DNA of 64,000 nt from Bacteroidota bacterium (GCA_024278075.1 JAJRTW010000129.1:7522-71521), one strand, 5' to 3'. Positions 40,254-51,188 are shown, counted from the first letter of the stretch. A program made the numbers and translations. Notes: generated by a model from the sequence alone, not told the origin.

Positions 40254-43010
40254 TTATTCCGGATCCATCCAGACGGTTTCCTGCATGGATTTGCATTTGC
40301 CGTATTCGAAACTGAATTCCTCGTCGGCATACCCGTCCTTTTCAACGACAACAGTGTAAGTCTTTGGGGCGCAAAGCTCCTCACGAACATAATAGCCTTC
40401 GTTGTTTGATTCACCCTCGGCTATCACATCGTCGCCGTCGTATATCTTCACGCTTGCACCGCTCAAATAGTCTTCGCTATCCTTATCCCTGATAATTAAT
40501 TTCAGCCTGCCGGTGCAGCATTCACCGTCATCGGCTTCAAGTTCCTTTGTAATTTCCAGAGTTTCATCGCAGTCAAGCTCGGCTTCGAATTCAATATTGT
40601 TATAATCCTCGTGCATAATATCAATACCATAGCCACCTTCGCAGAGGCCGTCAAAGATTGCCACACCGTTGCTAATCTCAGCAGTTTCAACCAGCTTGCC
40701 ACCTTTCCACAGCTTAACCTTGCCGCCGTTTATCGCCTCGCCATCGGCATTTTTCGGGTATATTTTCATCACCCCATTGCAGCATTCCCGCTCTTCGATA
40801 GTCACCTCTTTTTCGATAGTTTCATCGCAATCAAACTCAACTTCAAACTCACCCTCTTCGCGGCCTTGATACAGTACGTCCACTCGGTATGCACCCTTGC
40901 ACATTCCGTCGAACATAGCAGCGCCGCCTTTCAATTCCACTTTCTCGACCAATTTACCATCCCGGAATATCCTAACATAGCCGCCGTTAATGCTGTTGCC
41001 TTCGCTGTCCTTTACATTTACTTTCAATATACCTTTACAGCATTCCTGTTCCGAAATAATCACCTCTCTTTCGATAGTTTCGTTGCAATCGAACTCAACT
41101 TCAAACTCACCCTCTTCGCGGCCTTGATACAGTACGTCCACTCGGTATGCACCCTTGCACATTCCGTCGAACATAGCAGCGCTGCCTTTCAATTCCACTT
41201 TCTCGACCAATTTACCATCCCGGAATATCCTAACATAGCCGCCGTTAATGCTGGTGCCTTCGCTGTCCTTTACATTTACTTTCAATATGCCTTTGCAGCA
41301 TTCATCTTTGGATGTCATTTCCTTAACGAACTCAACTTCGCCATCGCATCCGATTTCGAATTCAAATTCAATCACGCCATAGCCCTCGCCGGAGATTCGT
41401 ATATCGTAGCTGCCTTCGCAGACACCGTCAAATACAACGCCATCCTCACTTTTTTGAATTAATTTTTCAATCATAGCCGGATGCTGGCGCAGTTCGATTT
41501 TTGCCCCGATAATCACTTCGCCGGTTTCACTATCCTTTGCAACTACACGAACCAGCCCATGGCAACATTCCATGTCTCTGGTCATTTTCTTATGGATTTC
41601 CTTTTCGCCATTACAATCCAGTTCTACTTCGAATATCATTTCTTCGTAGTCTTCGCTTTGGATTTTCACGACATAGCCGCCTTCGCAAAGCTCTTCGAAA
41701 ACGGCAAAGCTATCTTCAATTTCCTGAACGGCAATCTCTTCGCCATCTTGTATTAATACAACTCTTGCATTCTTGATTCTATCGCCTGTCTTGGCATCCT
41801 TCGGGATCACATAAATCTTGCCATCGCAGCAATCATCGCCTTCAAGTTCTTTTACGATTGGCTTCTGCTCGTTGCATCCAAGCTCGACTTCAAACTCGAT
41901 ATTCTTATAATTTTCGTGCGAAATCTTAATACTATAAACACCTTCGCACAGGCCGGAGAAATCAATTCCCTCGGCAGTAGTAATTCCGGATAGCACCAAA
42001 TCACCGTCAAGCCATACATCTACTTTCGCGCCAATAATTGGGTCTGCCGTTTCGGCATCCTGCGGCGTTATTATCATCACCCCATTGCAACAACTTGTGT
42101 CCTTTTCAGTCATAATAATAGTATAGTCAACTGTTTGGTCACAATCAAGCTCTACGGTAAATTCAACGGTTTCATAACCGGAGTTTCTCATCTTCACCGA
42201 GTAGACGCCCTCGCACAGACTGTCGAGCACGGCTTGCCCATTTTCGCTTCTAACTTCGCGGGTATCTTCGCTTCCGTCCCTTTTTGCGGTAATTAGGACA
42301 TCATTGATAACCGCATTTGTTAAGCTGTCCCGCGGCGTAATTGTTATTGAACCATCGCAGCATGAATCCTCGGGAGTACTCATAGGCTTCATCACAATCG
42401 GCAATAAGGGGTCGTCGCACTCGATTATGTTAACTTCCCGCTCAACGACTTTGAAACCATCTTTCGACAGCCTCAAAACGTATTCACCTTCGCATACATT
42501 TTCGAACACTAATTTGCCATCGCTGTTTGTAAACTCCTTGCGGTTTAGCTTGCTGCCGCGCGTTAGCCGCACCTTAACATCATCAATAGGCGACTCATCC
42601 ACAGATGAAGTGACTGCCACCCCGATTTCTCCGCAGCAATCCTCACGGTGCTGAATTTTCACCGGAATCTTTTCGGCGCCTTTATTCTCTTCTTTCAGAG
42701 TTAACAGAGAAAGAGTGGCCGTACGGAAGTCGCCGTGCAGAATGTTCAAATTAATATCCAACAGGCTTTCAGGAATATTCTTCAGTAAGAAGTTCCCGTC
42801 TTCATCTGTGGTATCACGGTCTAATATTTTGCCAGCTTTGTTTATGGCGTCGACAATTGCACCCGGAACTGATATGCCCTGTTCGTCAGAGATTATTCCG
42901 GATACTTCAATAGTGTTTTCAGGTGGCGTAACCGTTTCCTCGCAGGAGAAAAGCACTGTTAGTACGAAAATTGATAGAAATATCTTTACGGCTGTAATAG
43001 AAAATCTCAT
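40254..43010 (-). CDS. Cys-rich repetitive lipoprotein: about ten 86-aa modules (CarbopepD_reg / transthyretin-like fold suspected), each bounded by CCxG...CEG.Y...DC
   Basis: Lipoprotein signal LFSCEE. Modules such as ECCKGILKVNVKDSEG.SINGGYVRIFRDGKLVEKVELKG.AAMFDGMCKGAYRVDVLYQGREEGEFEVEFDC. Two adjacent modules are about 95% identical at the DNA level, with a period of about 258 bp (approximately 40790-41310). Confidence 0.5.
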   Translation of the reverse strand: MRFSITAVKIFLSIFVLTVLFSCEETVTPPENTIEVSGIISDEQGISVPGAIVDAINKAGKILDRDTTDEDGNFLLKNIPESLLDINLNILHGDFRTATLSLLTLKEENKGAEKIPVKIQHREDCCGEIGVAVTSSVDESPIDDVKVRLTRGSKLNRKEFTNSDGKLVFENVCEGEYVLRLSKDGFKVVEREVNIIECDDPLLPIVMKPMSTPEDSCCDGSITITPRDSLTNAVINDVLITAKRDGSEDTREVRSENGQAVLDSLCEGVYSVKMRNSGYETVEFTVELDCDQTVDYTIIMTEKDTSCCNGVMIITPQDAETADPIIGAKVDVWLDGDLVLSGITTAEGIDFSGLCEGVYSIKISHENYKNIEFEVELGCNEQKPIVKELEGDDCCDGKIYVIPKDAKTGDRIKNARVVLIQDGEEIAVQEIEDSFAVFEELCEGGYVVKIQSEDYEEMIFEVELDCNGEKEIHKKMTRDMECCHGLVRVVAKDSETGEVIIGAKIELRQHPAMIEKLIQKSEDGVVFDGVCEGSYDIRISGEGYGVIEFEFEIGCDGEVEFVKEMTSKDECCKGILKVNVKDSEGTSINGGYVRIFRDGKLVEKVELKGSAAMFDGMCKGAYRVDVLYQGREEGEFEVEFDCNETIEREVIISEQECCKGILKVNVKDSEGNSINGGYVRIFRDGKLVEKVELKGGAAMFDGMCKGAYRVDVLYQGREEGEFEVEFDCDETIEKEVTIEERECCNGVMKIYPKNADGEAINGGKVKLWKGGKLVETAEISNGVAIFDGLCEGGYGIDIMHEDYNNIEFEAELDCDETLEITKELEADDGECCTGRLKLIIRDKDSEDYLSGASVKIYDGDDVIAEGESNNEGYYVREELCAPKTYTVVVEKDGYADEEFSFEYGKCKSMQETVWMDPE

Positions 43011-43255
43011 AGCATCATCCTTATAAATTAATATAAATTCAGTGTGGAAATTTATTCATGCTCTATTTATATAATAATTATTAACAGTTAATAATATAAA
43101 TAATTACAATTTCGGGATTAATTCTATCTACCGAACATCTTATATATAATCACCCTATGTTGCTAAATCACTCTATGTTGCTAACTTATCTTAGGCAGCA
43201 AGGAAAAGCCGTCAGGAGACTGCCCATGCTGCCTGAAAAAAACAGAACAGTCGTT

Positions 43256-45328
43256 CTACATCCCAAGCAGGCTCATAACGAACCTCCACTCCAGCGATAT
43301 ATTCTCAATGGATTGTTCGATGGATTTCCCCGAGCCGTGGCCACTTTCGAAATCGACAAACAGCATTATCGGATTCGTCTGCCCCGGGTTATGCTGCAGG
43401 GCTGCCACAAATTTCTTGGCATGCAGAGGGTCTACCCTCGAATCATTCTCGCCGGCCTTAACGAGCATTGTGGGATAGTCGAACCCTTCGCGGATATTAT
43501 GATAAGGCGAATAAGTGAGAATGTACCCAAGGTCAGCCTTCACGTCCGGGTCGCCGTATTCCGGTATCCAGTACCGGGCAATCAGGAACTTATGATACCG
43601 GGCCATATCGAGCAACGGAACGGCACAAACCGCAGCCTTGAATAAATCCGGCCTTTGTGTTACCACAGCACCAATCAGCAATCCGCCGTTACTACCGCCG
43701 CGAATTGCCAGCCTGTCCGAAGTCGTATATTCCTCCTTGATTAGATATTCTGCCGCCGCAATGAAATCATCGAATGTATTTTGTTTATTTCTCAGCATTC
43801 CGGCCTGGTGCCAGTTCTCGCCATATTCGTCGCCGCCCCGCAGGCAGGCAATCGCATAAACCCCGCCGCGGTTGATGAATGAAGCGGTTGTGCCAAGATA
43901 GCGAGGCCTCATGCTAATGTTAAAACCGCCGTAGCCATAGAGAAGCACCGGATTGCCTGCGTCGAGTTTCATTCCCTTTTTGTGAATAATAAACAGAGGA
44001 ATCTTCGTCCCGTCATTGGATGGGTAGAAGACCAGTTTTGATGTAATATCCTTAGTGTCGATGGGGGGAGTATCCTGGAAGAAGAACTCCCAGGTTAAGG
44101 TTTTGCCGTCAAGCTTGTACACTTTGGACGATGAAGTAAACGTTCCCAAAGTAACGAAAACAGTGTTGGATTCCTTATGGAATTTAATACTACTGACATT
44201 TGCAACTTCAGGCAAATCAAGGGTTTTAACAAAATTGCCCTTAAGGTCGTAGGCCGACAACCTGCTCAGAACATCCTTCTTTTCCTGAATAATCACGTAA
44301 TCGGCTGTTATTTCGAAGTCCTCGAGCACGGTTTCCTTTTCCGGATAGAATTCCGCCCAGTTCTCGAATTCCGGTTTGTCAATATCAGTCCACATTATCT
44401 TGAAATTCGGAGCTTCTTGATTAGTGTAAAAAAAGATTTTGCCGTATTTCGCTTTCGGATTAGCTCTGAATTCCTTGCTGGAATAAATTACTTTCGGCTT
44501 TGCTTGCGAGCCGGCTTTTCTGATGCTAAGCGTATTGGAATAGAAATCCCCTTCGGAAAAGAAAGTAACCTCCCCGTCGCGGTCGTCCCAAACGCTGGCA
44601 AAATTCTTGGCATCATTTGGTGCCACAAGGAATACATCCTTTTTCCTATCCTCGCCGATTGTGTGCAGATAAGTTCTTATCGGCACCTGATTATCAATCA
44701 TTTCCTGAGTTCGGACAGCGATATAAGCATGTTCTTCGTCCAGAGTCCAGCCGAACCCACGCAGGCCTTTAATAGATTCGCCCTCCACCTTGCCGGTTTT
44801 GGTGTCTACAATGCGGTACTCGCTAATCTCATTTCCTTTGTATTGCAGGCCAATGGCGGCTTTATTGCCATCCTTGGTAAAAGCTGCACCCGTAAGGGCG
44901 GATTTCCCGGAAGAGTCTATCTCCTCGGGGTCAAATAATTTTATTACCTCGCCGTTTATCCGGGTAAATAATTTATTTTGCTGCTGTCCCTTTTTACGGG
45001 CATAGAAGAATTCGCGATTGCCTTTGAAGAATGGGGCGCCATTATAATCCCTGTTGAGGTATTTCTCAATCTCATCGTCCAGTCCATCGACCGCTTTGGT
45101 TTTTTCCTTCAGATATTTTACGGTGTAGTCGTGCTGGGCATGGGACCAATCGCTCACTTCGGGGTCTTTCTTATCCTCCAGCCATTGATAAAAATCCGTG
45201 AATATAAACCCGTGCATATTATCGGTTACCGCTTGACGCTTTGCAGCCGGCGGATTGAAACTGCCTTTGGCGAAAACGAATGAATAAGCAAAAATGAAGG
45301 CCAGTAATAAAAGTGCTGTATTTCTCAC
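43256..45328 (-). CDS. Prolyl oligopeptidase (peptidase S9A)
   Basis: N-terminal beta-propeller plus catalytic GGSNGGLLIGAV with the downstream Asp/His region. Signal peptide. Confidence 0.85.
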   Translation of the reverse strand: MRNTALLLLAFIFAYSFVFAKGSFNPPAAKRQAVTDNMHGFIFTDFYQWLEDKKDPEVSDWSHAQHDYTVKYLKEKTKAVDGLDDEIEKYLNRDYNGAPFFKGNREFFYARKKGQQQNKLFTRINGEVIKLFDPEEIDSSGKSALTGAAFTKDGNKAAIGLQYKGNEISEYRIVDTKTGKVEGESIKGLRGFGWTLDEEHAYIAVRTQEMIDNQVPIRTYLHTIGEDRKKDVFLVAPNDAKNFASVWDDRDGEVTFFSEGDFYSNTLSIRKAGSQAKPKVIYSSKEFRANPKAKYGKIFFYTNQEAPNFKIMWTDIDKPEFENWAEFYPEKETVLEDFEITADYVIIQEKKDVLSRLSAYDLKGNFVKTLDLPEVANVSSIKFHKESNTVFVTLGTFTSSSKVYKLDGKTLTWEFFFQDTPPIDTKDITSKLVFYPSNDGTKIPLFIIHKKGMKLDAGNPVLLYGYGGFNISMRPRYLGTTASFINRGGVYAIACLRGGDEYGENWHQAGMLRNKQNTFDDFIAAAEYLIKEEYTTSDRLAIRGGSNGGLLIGAVVTQRPDLFKAAVCAVPLLDMARYHKFLIARYWIPEYGDPDVKADLGYILTYSPYHNIREGFDYPTMLVKAGENDSRVDPLHAKKFVAALQHNPGQTNPIMLFVDFESGHGSGKSIEQSIENISLEWRFVMSLLGM

Positions 45329-45473
45329 ATTATCTCCTTGGTTATGTGAATAAATAAAAAATAATTTCCAATAATTAATTGTTGCCCCAATATAATATTG
45401 TCCCTAAAATGAATTATATTGCATGATAAAATAACTAAACGTTATAAATTTATAAAATTGCAACGTATAATAT

Positions 45474-46022
45474 ATGAAAATATATACGAAAACAGGCGAC
45501 AAAGGTGAAACCGGCCTGCCCGGAGGCAAGAGGGTCTCCAAGTCCGCCCTTAGGGTGCAGGCCTACGGTACCGTCGATGAATTGAATTCGTTGGTCGGGC
45601 TTGCAATTTCATCGAAACCCCATTTGGGTGTAATCGTCGTGCTAACTAAAATCAGCAATTTACTTTTCACTCTCGGCTCCGACCTTGCCGCCCCTTTGGA
45701 TACGAAATCCGCTATTAGGGTAGAGCGAATCGGCGAGGCTGAGATATTATGGCTCGAGGAAATGATTGATAAGTTCGACAGCGAACTGCCTGAACTGCGT
45801 AATTTCATTCTGCCCGGCGGGGCTATCGATGCGGCACATCTGCACCACGCACGCACTGTATGCCGCAGGGCCGAAAGGCTATCTGTGGAATTATCGGAGA
45901 ATGTGGACATTGGGCAATACGCCGTGAAATTCCTGAATCGGCTGTCGGATTTTCTATTTGTAGCCGCACGGTACTCCAACTTTGTTTCGGGGGTTGATGA
46001 TGTTGAATGGAATAAAAAATGA
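45474..46022 (+). CDS. Cob(I)yrinic acid a,c-diamide adenosyltransferase, PduO type
   Basis: MKIYTKTGDKGETGL N-terminus characteristic of PduO/MMAB. Confidence 0.85.
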   Translation: MKIYTKTGDKGETGLPGGKRVSKSALRVQAYGTVDELNSLVGLAISSKPHLGVIVVLTKISNLLFTLGSDLAAPLDTKSAIRVERIGEAEILWLEEMIDKFDSELPELRNFILPGGAIDAAHLHHARTVCRRAERLSVELSENVDIGQYAVKFLNRLSDFLFVAARYSNFVSGVDDVEWNKK

Positions 46023-46075
46023 TTTAAGTTATATTCGTAATTATATCTAATTATGATTAATCATGGAGCAAATTT

Positions 46076-46621
46076 ATGAAACGCCCCGATTGGGACCAAT
46101 TATATATAACTATGTGCTACCTTGTGGGAATGAGGAGCAAGGACGAGCATACCCACGTCGGCTCTGTAATTGTCGACGCCGACAATGTGCTTGTATCGAC
46201 CGGATATAATTCGCTGCCGCGCGGCATTGAGGACAGGCCCGGCACCAGCAGGCTTTCGAGGGAGCAGGGCGAGAAATATCACTGGCTGGAACACGCCGAA
46301 CGCAATGCAATCTACAATGCGGCACGCCGGGGGACGGCATTGAAGGGATGTAAATTATATGTCCCGTGGGCGCCATGCACCGATTGCGCCAGGGGGATAA
46401 TTCAGACCGGTATCTCGGAGGTAATAGTTCACCAGAACGGCCAGGATTTCTACGACCTGTCGACAAATGGCAAATGGACGGATGCCCACAAACGGACCAC
46501 CGAGATGTTCCTTGAATCCGGAGTGAAGATGCGATTTCTTACTTGTGATATTGTTGTGCCGGAAATATATATGAACGCAAAGATTCATAACGCCCAGGTG
46601 TATCTTAACAAGGAATCCTGA
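46076..46621 (+). CDS. dCMP deaminase (cytidine/deoxycytidylate deaminase family)
   Basis: Zinc-binding HAERNAI...PCTDCARGI. Confidence 0.85.
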   Translation: MKRPDWDQLYITMCYLVGMRSKDEHTHVGSVIVDADNVLVSTGYNSLPRGIEDRPGTSRLSREQGEKYHWLEHAERNAIYNAARRGTALKGCKLYVPWAPCTDCARGIIQTGISEVIVHQNGQDFYDLSTNGKWTDAHKRTTEMFLESGVKMRFLTCDIVVPEIYMNAKIHNAQVYLNKES

Positions 46622-46724
46622 GCTGGGAAATACTAACTAAATTATTCTTGCTCAAAAAAAACTTTGCCAAATTGGGAAATAGCCTTAATTTTGAATTAGT
46701 AAAATTTCGATTCAATTTGAATAT

Positions 46725-47035
46725 CAGTAGCGTCCGGTTAAATAGCAGTCAAAAAGTGCGAATCGCTGATATTAGCTTCACTTTGACCTATTATATGTTG
46801 CATTAGGTGCGATTTTGGATATAACAAAAATAGTTGTTAAAGTATGTCATACCGGACCCCGATCCGGTATCCATCTTAAATATAGCAAATAGCCTATGAA
46901 TACTGGATTCCCGCTGGAGTTTATCCTGATCCCTTCGACTTCGCTCAGGGTAAACTGCCGAAGGGCAGGAATGACACGTAACAGTTATTAAGGGTATTTT
47001 CTGCATAACTCTCATTTTATTAACCGGACAGTAGT
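46725..47035. mobile_element. MITE-like composite element, complete (TIRs CAGTAGCGTCCGGTTAAATAGCAG / CTCATTTTATTAACCGGACAGTAGT), 17 bp upstream of tRNA-Ser
   Basis: Inner modules are nearly identical to the 17.6-kb copy (…TTTATCCTGATCCCTTCGACTTCGCTCAGGGTAAAC…GGAATGACACGTAACAG). Confidence 0.6.
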
Positions 47036-47051
47036 ATTTGAATATACCACC

Positions 47052-47134
47052 GGAGGATTCGCATAATTGGTATTGCAGCGGTCTTGAAAACCGCCGAGCG
47101 CAAGCTCATGGGGGTTCGAGTCCCTCATCCTCCG
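47052..47134 (+). tRNA. tRNA-Ser (anticodon TGA), class II
   Basis: 83-nt cloverleaf. Acceptor GGAGGAT/ATCCTCC, anticodon stem GCGGT/ACCGC with loop CTTGAAA. 15-nt variable arm, T arm GGGGG-TTCGAGT-CCCTC. Confidence 0.8.
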
Positions 47135-47314
47135 CACTGCAATATTTAAGCCTCGTAATATCAATTATTTACGGGGCTTTTCTATAGATAAATACTTGCT
47201 AATTACTTTCAATGAACAGATACCTCCGGTAAAGTATTGTTTTTAACACTCGTTAAATAATGTTAATTTCGTTTTTTGATAACACATATTCAATCATAGA
47301 AATAAGACAAACCA

Positions 47315-48103
47315 ATGCACCCTTTTTATCGGCCAATAGTTTCCTCATTTCTTCTTGTAATATTAATCACCATTTTTCCTTTTCAATTGTTAGCCGAAGA
47401 TGATAATAACGATTCTGAAATGGAAAAGTTCAGAAATGATCCGATACAATGGGCAAGTGCGGAACTGCCGACTCCATACGGATTAATCATCGACGCATCA
47501 TATCCGAGTTCTTCCGGCAATGAAGATTTTAAGGGGTTTACTTATAATTTCAGCCTTGAAGCATACTATGATATGTGGGCTTTTGGGCTTAGGAAGAAAG
47601 AATATGGGATGATGATTACGATGATGCAGAGATCAATGGACATCGATGCCGCTGATGGTTTTTTGATTGAAGCCGGGCTTACAAATGATATTCAGGTATC
47701 ATTTACATTTTATGATGAAGCGAAATCAAAATACATAGACACTTCTTTCAAATACACGAAGTACTTCTTAGGAATTGGCTATAGGTGGATTACAAGAGCA
47801 GAAAAAGAATCCCACATTTCTTATTTTGGAGAAATAACAGCAGGTCTGTCCGAACCGGATAAGGAAGTTGGGGGAAGCGATGTTTTATATGCTAAATATG
47901 AAATAGGAATTGGCTATAGATTTCAATTTCAGTCCGATGCGCTAAGCTGTTGGATGTACGCATTTGTGGGTTATGTTCCCGCGTCTGATTCTAAATTGTC
48001 AAATATTGGAAATTCCGAGTCAGACATTATAGTCGATGACCATTTAGGCATATACGGATTGGCATTCAAAATGCAATATGCTTTTAATTTCTTATCTGAA
48101 TAA
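47315..48103 (+). CDS. Hypothetical secreted protein, possibly an outer-membrane beta-barrel
   Basis: Signal peptide. Alternating hydrophobic strands (GIGYRW, GIGYRFQF) and an aromatic-rich C-terminus. Confidence 0.35.
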   Translation: MHPFYRPIVSSFLLVILITIFPFQLLAEDDNNDSEMEKFRNDPIQWASAELPTPYGLIIDASYPSSSGNEDFKGFTYNFSLEAYYDMWAFGLRKKEYGMMITMMQRSMDIDAADGFLIEAGLTNDIQVSFTFYDEAKSKYIDTSFKYTKYFLGIGYRWITRAEKESHISYFGEITAGLSEPDKEVGGSDVLYAKYEIGIGYRFQFQSDALSCWMYAFVGYVPASDSKLSNIGNSESDIIVDDHLGIYGLAFKMQYAFNFLSE

Positions 48104-48132
48104 TTATTATTAATAAATCATTTAGAGATAAA

Positions 48133-49002
48133 ATGAAATCATCCAAATTGTTTATTATCGCAACTGTTATTGCTGGTATCTTGTTTAATAGTTGCAGCTT
48201 CACAGGAATGGAAGTCTGGAAAAAAGGGCGGTATTATCATACGGAAATAGCAGATGATTTTAGCGAAAGAAAAATTAGGAAAATCGGCGTTTATGTTTTT
48301 TCAGAGGGCGGTGCTGTTGACGGCACTCAGAGCAGCCTGACCGCAGGGCGGATTATTAGTGCAATTATGCTCGCTCCAACATTTTGGGGGCTTTTTCTTC
48401 TTATGCCTCCTACTGCCACGGGCGCCCAGGAATATTTTTTCTTAGATGAAATTACAAATAATTCGGAGTTTAATCCGGTATTGGACAATGCCGGCCCAAG
48501 CCTTGAGTTGGGGATTCAGGTTTCTCGGAGGCTGCAAAAAATAGGATATAAGGCAAAGGTTATTGAAGAATTAGGCCATAAATCCAAAGTCAATGTTGAT
48601 GCGTGCATCGACAATGCTAAGAATAAGAAATATGACGCTGCCATGATTGTTCATTATAATGCTATAGAGAAATGGAATTATTATGGGAATTTAGCTTCTA
48701 TTATTTTTCGGATGACTGAGAAAAATGAATTCCTATTCGTGCCAAATGCTGCCTTGTTTGACACGAAAACCAGAGAAATAATCTGGAAGAGTTCCTACTA
48801 TGGATTAGTCGAAAATGCTCATCATTTTAATATTATCGGCGAGCCTTTCAGCAGGCCTTCAAACAAAGCAATTATGGAAATGAACGCAAATACTTATTTG
48901 GAAGCGGCTGGTAAAGCGGCGGATGTACTGCTGAACCCAAGCTATTGGAAGGGTAGTTTTAAAAGTCTGCCGGTTATTAAGACAAAAGGCAATAAGATTT
49001 AG
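48133..49002 (+). CDS. Hypothetical lipoprotein
   Basis: Lipobox LFNSCS. Confidence 0.35.
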   Translation: MKSSKLFIIATVIAGILFNSCSFTGMEVWKKGRYYHTEIADDFSERKIRKIGVYVFSEGGAVDGTQSSLTAGRIISAIMLAPTFWGLFLLMPPTATGAQEYFFLDEITNNSEFNPVLDNAGPSLELGIQVSRRLQKIGYKAKVIEELGHKSKVNVDACIDNAKNKKYDAAMIVHYNAIEKWNYYGNLASIIFRMTEKNEFLFVPNAALFDTKTREIIWKSSYYGLVENAHHFNIIGEPFSRPSNKAIMEMNANTYLEAAGKAADVLLNPSYWKGSFKSLPVIKTKGNKI

Positions 49003-49040
49003 CCTGTTTATTGTAAACATTGCTCCGGGTATATCTTATT

Positions 49041-49306
49041 GTCAGTAGTGTCCGGTTAAAAAGCAGTGAATAATTGGTAATCACAGTTATAGCCTGTATT
49101 TTGCCTTAGATAACGCTGGTTTAGATACAATTTCGTATCATAGCAATTATAATAATATTACTTGCCATTCCGGACCCCGTCCGGAATCCATCTTAATATA
49201 GCCACATAGCACGTAAATAATGGATTCTGAAACGAGTTCCGCAATGACAAATCATAATTATTAGGTATAAATTAGGAACGCCTCTCATTTTTAACCGGAC
49301 ACTACT
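49041..49306. mobile_element. MITE-like composite element, complete (TIRs GTCAGTAGTGTCCGGTTAAAAAGCAG / CTCATTTTTAACCGGACACTACT)
   Basis: Inner GCCATTCCGGACCCCGTCCGGAATCCATCTTAATATAGCCACATAGC…GCAATGACA module. Confidence 0.6.
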
Positions 49307-49368
49307 GTCTTATTGTCCCTTATGCAATCGAGCTAAGCTAAAGCCATAACAACTTCACAATATTCCGC

Positions 49369-51009
49369 TTAGCCTTTTGGCAAAGTGAATATAAATGTCG
49401 AACCTTTGCCGGGTTCGCTTTCTACCCAAATTTCACCGCCACATTTATCGACGAAATCTTTGCATAGGATTAGCCCAAGGCCGGTGCCTTTCTCTTGCGA
49501 TGTTCCGATGGTTGTGTGATGAACGTCAATCCTGAATAATTTCTTAATATCATCGGCGCTCATGCCAATTCCAGTGTCCGAAACAGATATTTGAATCATT
49601 TCTCCATTGGCAATGGCCGAGACAGTAATCTCCCCGTTTTCGGGAGTGAACTTCAACGCATTGGAAATCAGATTCCTCAATATGGTATTGAGTATGTTGC
49701 TATCAGCAATAATGAAAGTATCCCTTTTAATATCAACGGTTAAGTCAATATTTTTCTGCAAAGCTGTTTCCAAAAACAAGCCGGATATTCTTTTGGCAAA
49801 GTCATAAAGATCAAGAGTGACCAGTTCCAACTCGATTCTGCTCATCTGGGCTTTCGACCATTCAAGCAAGTTCTCAAGCAGATTATAAAGCTTTTTGGCG
49901 GATTTACTCATTGATTTCGAGATTTGGGCAATTGCTTTGGAATCCAGATTCTCATACTCCTGTTCCATAAGCTCGGAGAGGCCGATAAACCCGGAGAAAG
50001 GCCCCCGCAGGTCGTGGGCAATAATCGAAAAGAATTTATCTTTTGTGGCATTCAATTGCTTTAAATTTTCCTCCGACTCGCTTAGCCGGATATTGAGCCG
50101 GTTAATTTCAAATGCCCTTTTGTCAACTTCTTCTCGGTGCAGCTGCATCTCTTCTATTAGCTTTTCAAGTTCGTCCTGAGTTCGTTTCAATTCGGTGAAA
50201 TCATGAATTATCCCTGAGATAAATTCAGGTTTTCCGTCTGCGTCATATTCTATCCTTGCGCTGATAAATACATCCAGAATGACACCGTCTTTTCTTACTA
50301 ATTTAAGTTCGTAGTTGGTTACATGCTTTTCCGTAAGTATGGTTCTTAAGAATCTTCGTTTATCTTTCGGATTATGGTAAACATCAAGGACGGACGTGCC
50401 AATCAACTCCTCTATATTATACCCCGTGAGTGGTACAACCGATGGGCTTAGAGCAAATATTATCCCTCTCATATTTGTCTGGAAGTATAAATCCTCGAAG
50501 TGATCGAAAATCTTCCTGTATTTCTCTTCACTAAGTTTTAATTTTCTTTCGATTTCCTTCTTGTCGGTTATCTCTTCTTTAATTGCTATGTATTTAATGA
50601 TGCTGCCATCGTCATCAAATATCGGAGCAATTGAAGCCATTTCCCAATATAGGTCACCATTCTTCTTTTTGTTTTGAAATTCACTCCGCCACACTTTGCC
50701 GGATGCAATCGTTTCCCACATATCCTTATAAAATTCATCGGGATGCAAGTCTGATTTTAATATTTGAGGGTTTTGGCCTATAGCTTCTTCAACGGAATAG
50801 CCAGTTACTTCGCAAAATTTTGGATTCACATATTCAATTCGCCCTTCGGCATCGGTGATTACAATTGAAGTCGGGCTATGTGTGATAGCTGTTTCCAAAT
50901 AGTTCAATCCACCTTGCGCACTTCTATTTCGCTCAAAGATTTTCACCATTTTTCTTTTGACTTTTCCCCTGTTCTTTTTGGGTAGCTGTTCTTTTGAAGT
51001 TGTGGCCAT
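49369..51009 (-). CDS. PAS-domain sensor histidine kinase (orphan; no adjacent response regulator)
   Basis: Two or three PAS/PAC segments, H-box IAHDLRGPF and a HATPase_c G-boxes (GTGLGL). Confidence 0.8.
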   Translation of the reverse strand: MATTSKEQLPKKNRGKVKRKMVKIFERNRSAQGGLNYLETAITHSPTSIVITDAEGRIEYVNPKFCEVTGYSVEEAIGQNPQILKSDLHPDEFYKDMWETIASGKVWRSEFQNKKKNGDLYWEMASIAPIFDDDGSIIKYIAIKEEITDKKEIERKLKLSEEKYRKIFDHFEDLYFQTNMRGIIFALSPSVVPLTGYNIEELIGTSVLDVYHNPKDKRRFLRTILTEKHVTNYELKLVRKDGVILDVFISARIEYDADGKPEFISGIIHDFTELKRTQDELEKLIEEMQLHREEVDKRAFEINRLNIRLSESEENLKQLNATKDKFFSIIAHDLRGPFSGFIGLSELMEQEYENLDSKAIAQISKSMSKSAKKLYNLLENLLEWSKAQMSRIELELVTLDLYDFAKRISGLFLETALQKNIDLTVDIKRDTFIIADSNILNTILRNLISNALKFTPENGEITVSAIANGEMIQISVSDTGIGMSADDIKKLFRIDVHHTTIGTSQEKGTGLGLILCKDFVDKCGGEIWVESEPGKGSTFIFTLPKG

Positions 51010-51188
51010 AATGTCTAATAATGTATCTATAATATATTCTAACTATTAAAGCTGCATCAATAATAAACGTAATTAATAAATTATGGTTAGAATAATTAGT
51101 ATATTATGAATAATGATTGATTTAAACAATTAAAAAATAGCGGAGAATTAAAACTTTTTCAATATTCTATCGTTTACCCGGAAAGCAA

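Noticed and set aside
40611-41462. 283-aa plus-strand ORF with internal 93-aa repeat
   Set aside because: It is antisense to the 918-aa repeat lipoprotein gene. It is a mirror ORF produced by the codon-biased, repeat-rich coding strand and is not an independent gene.
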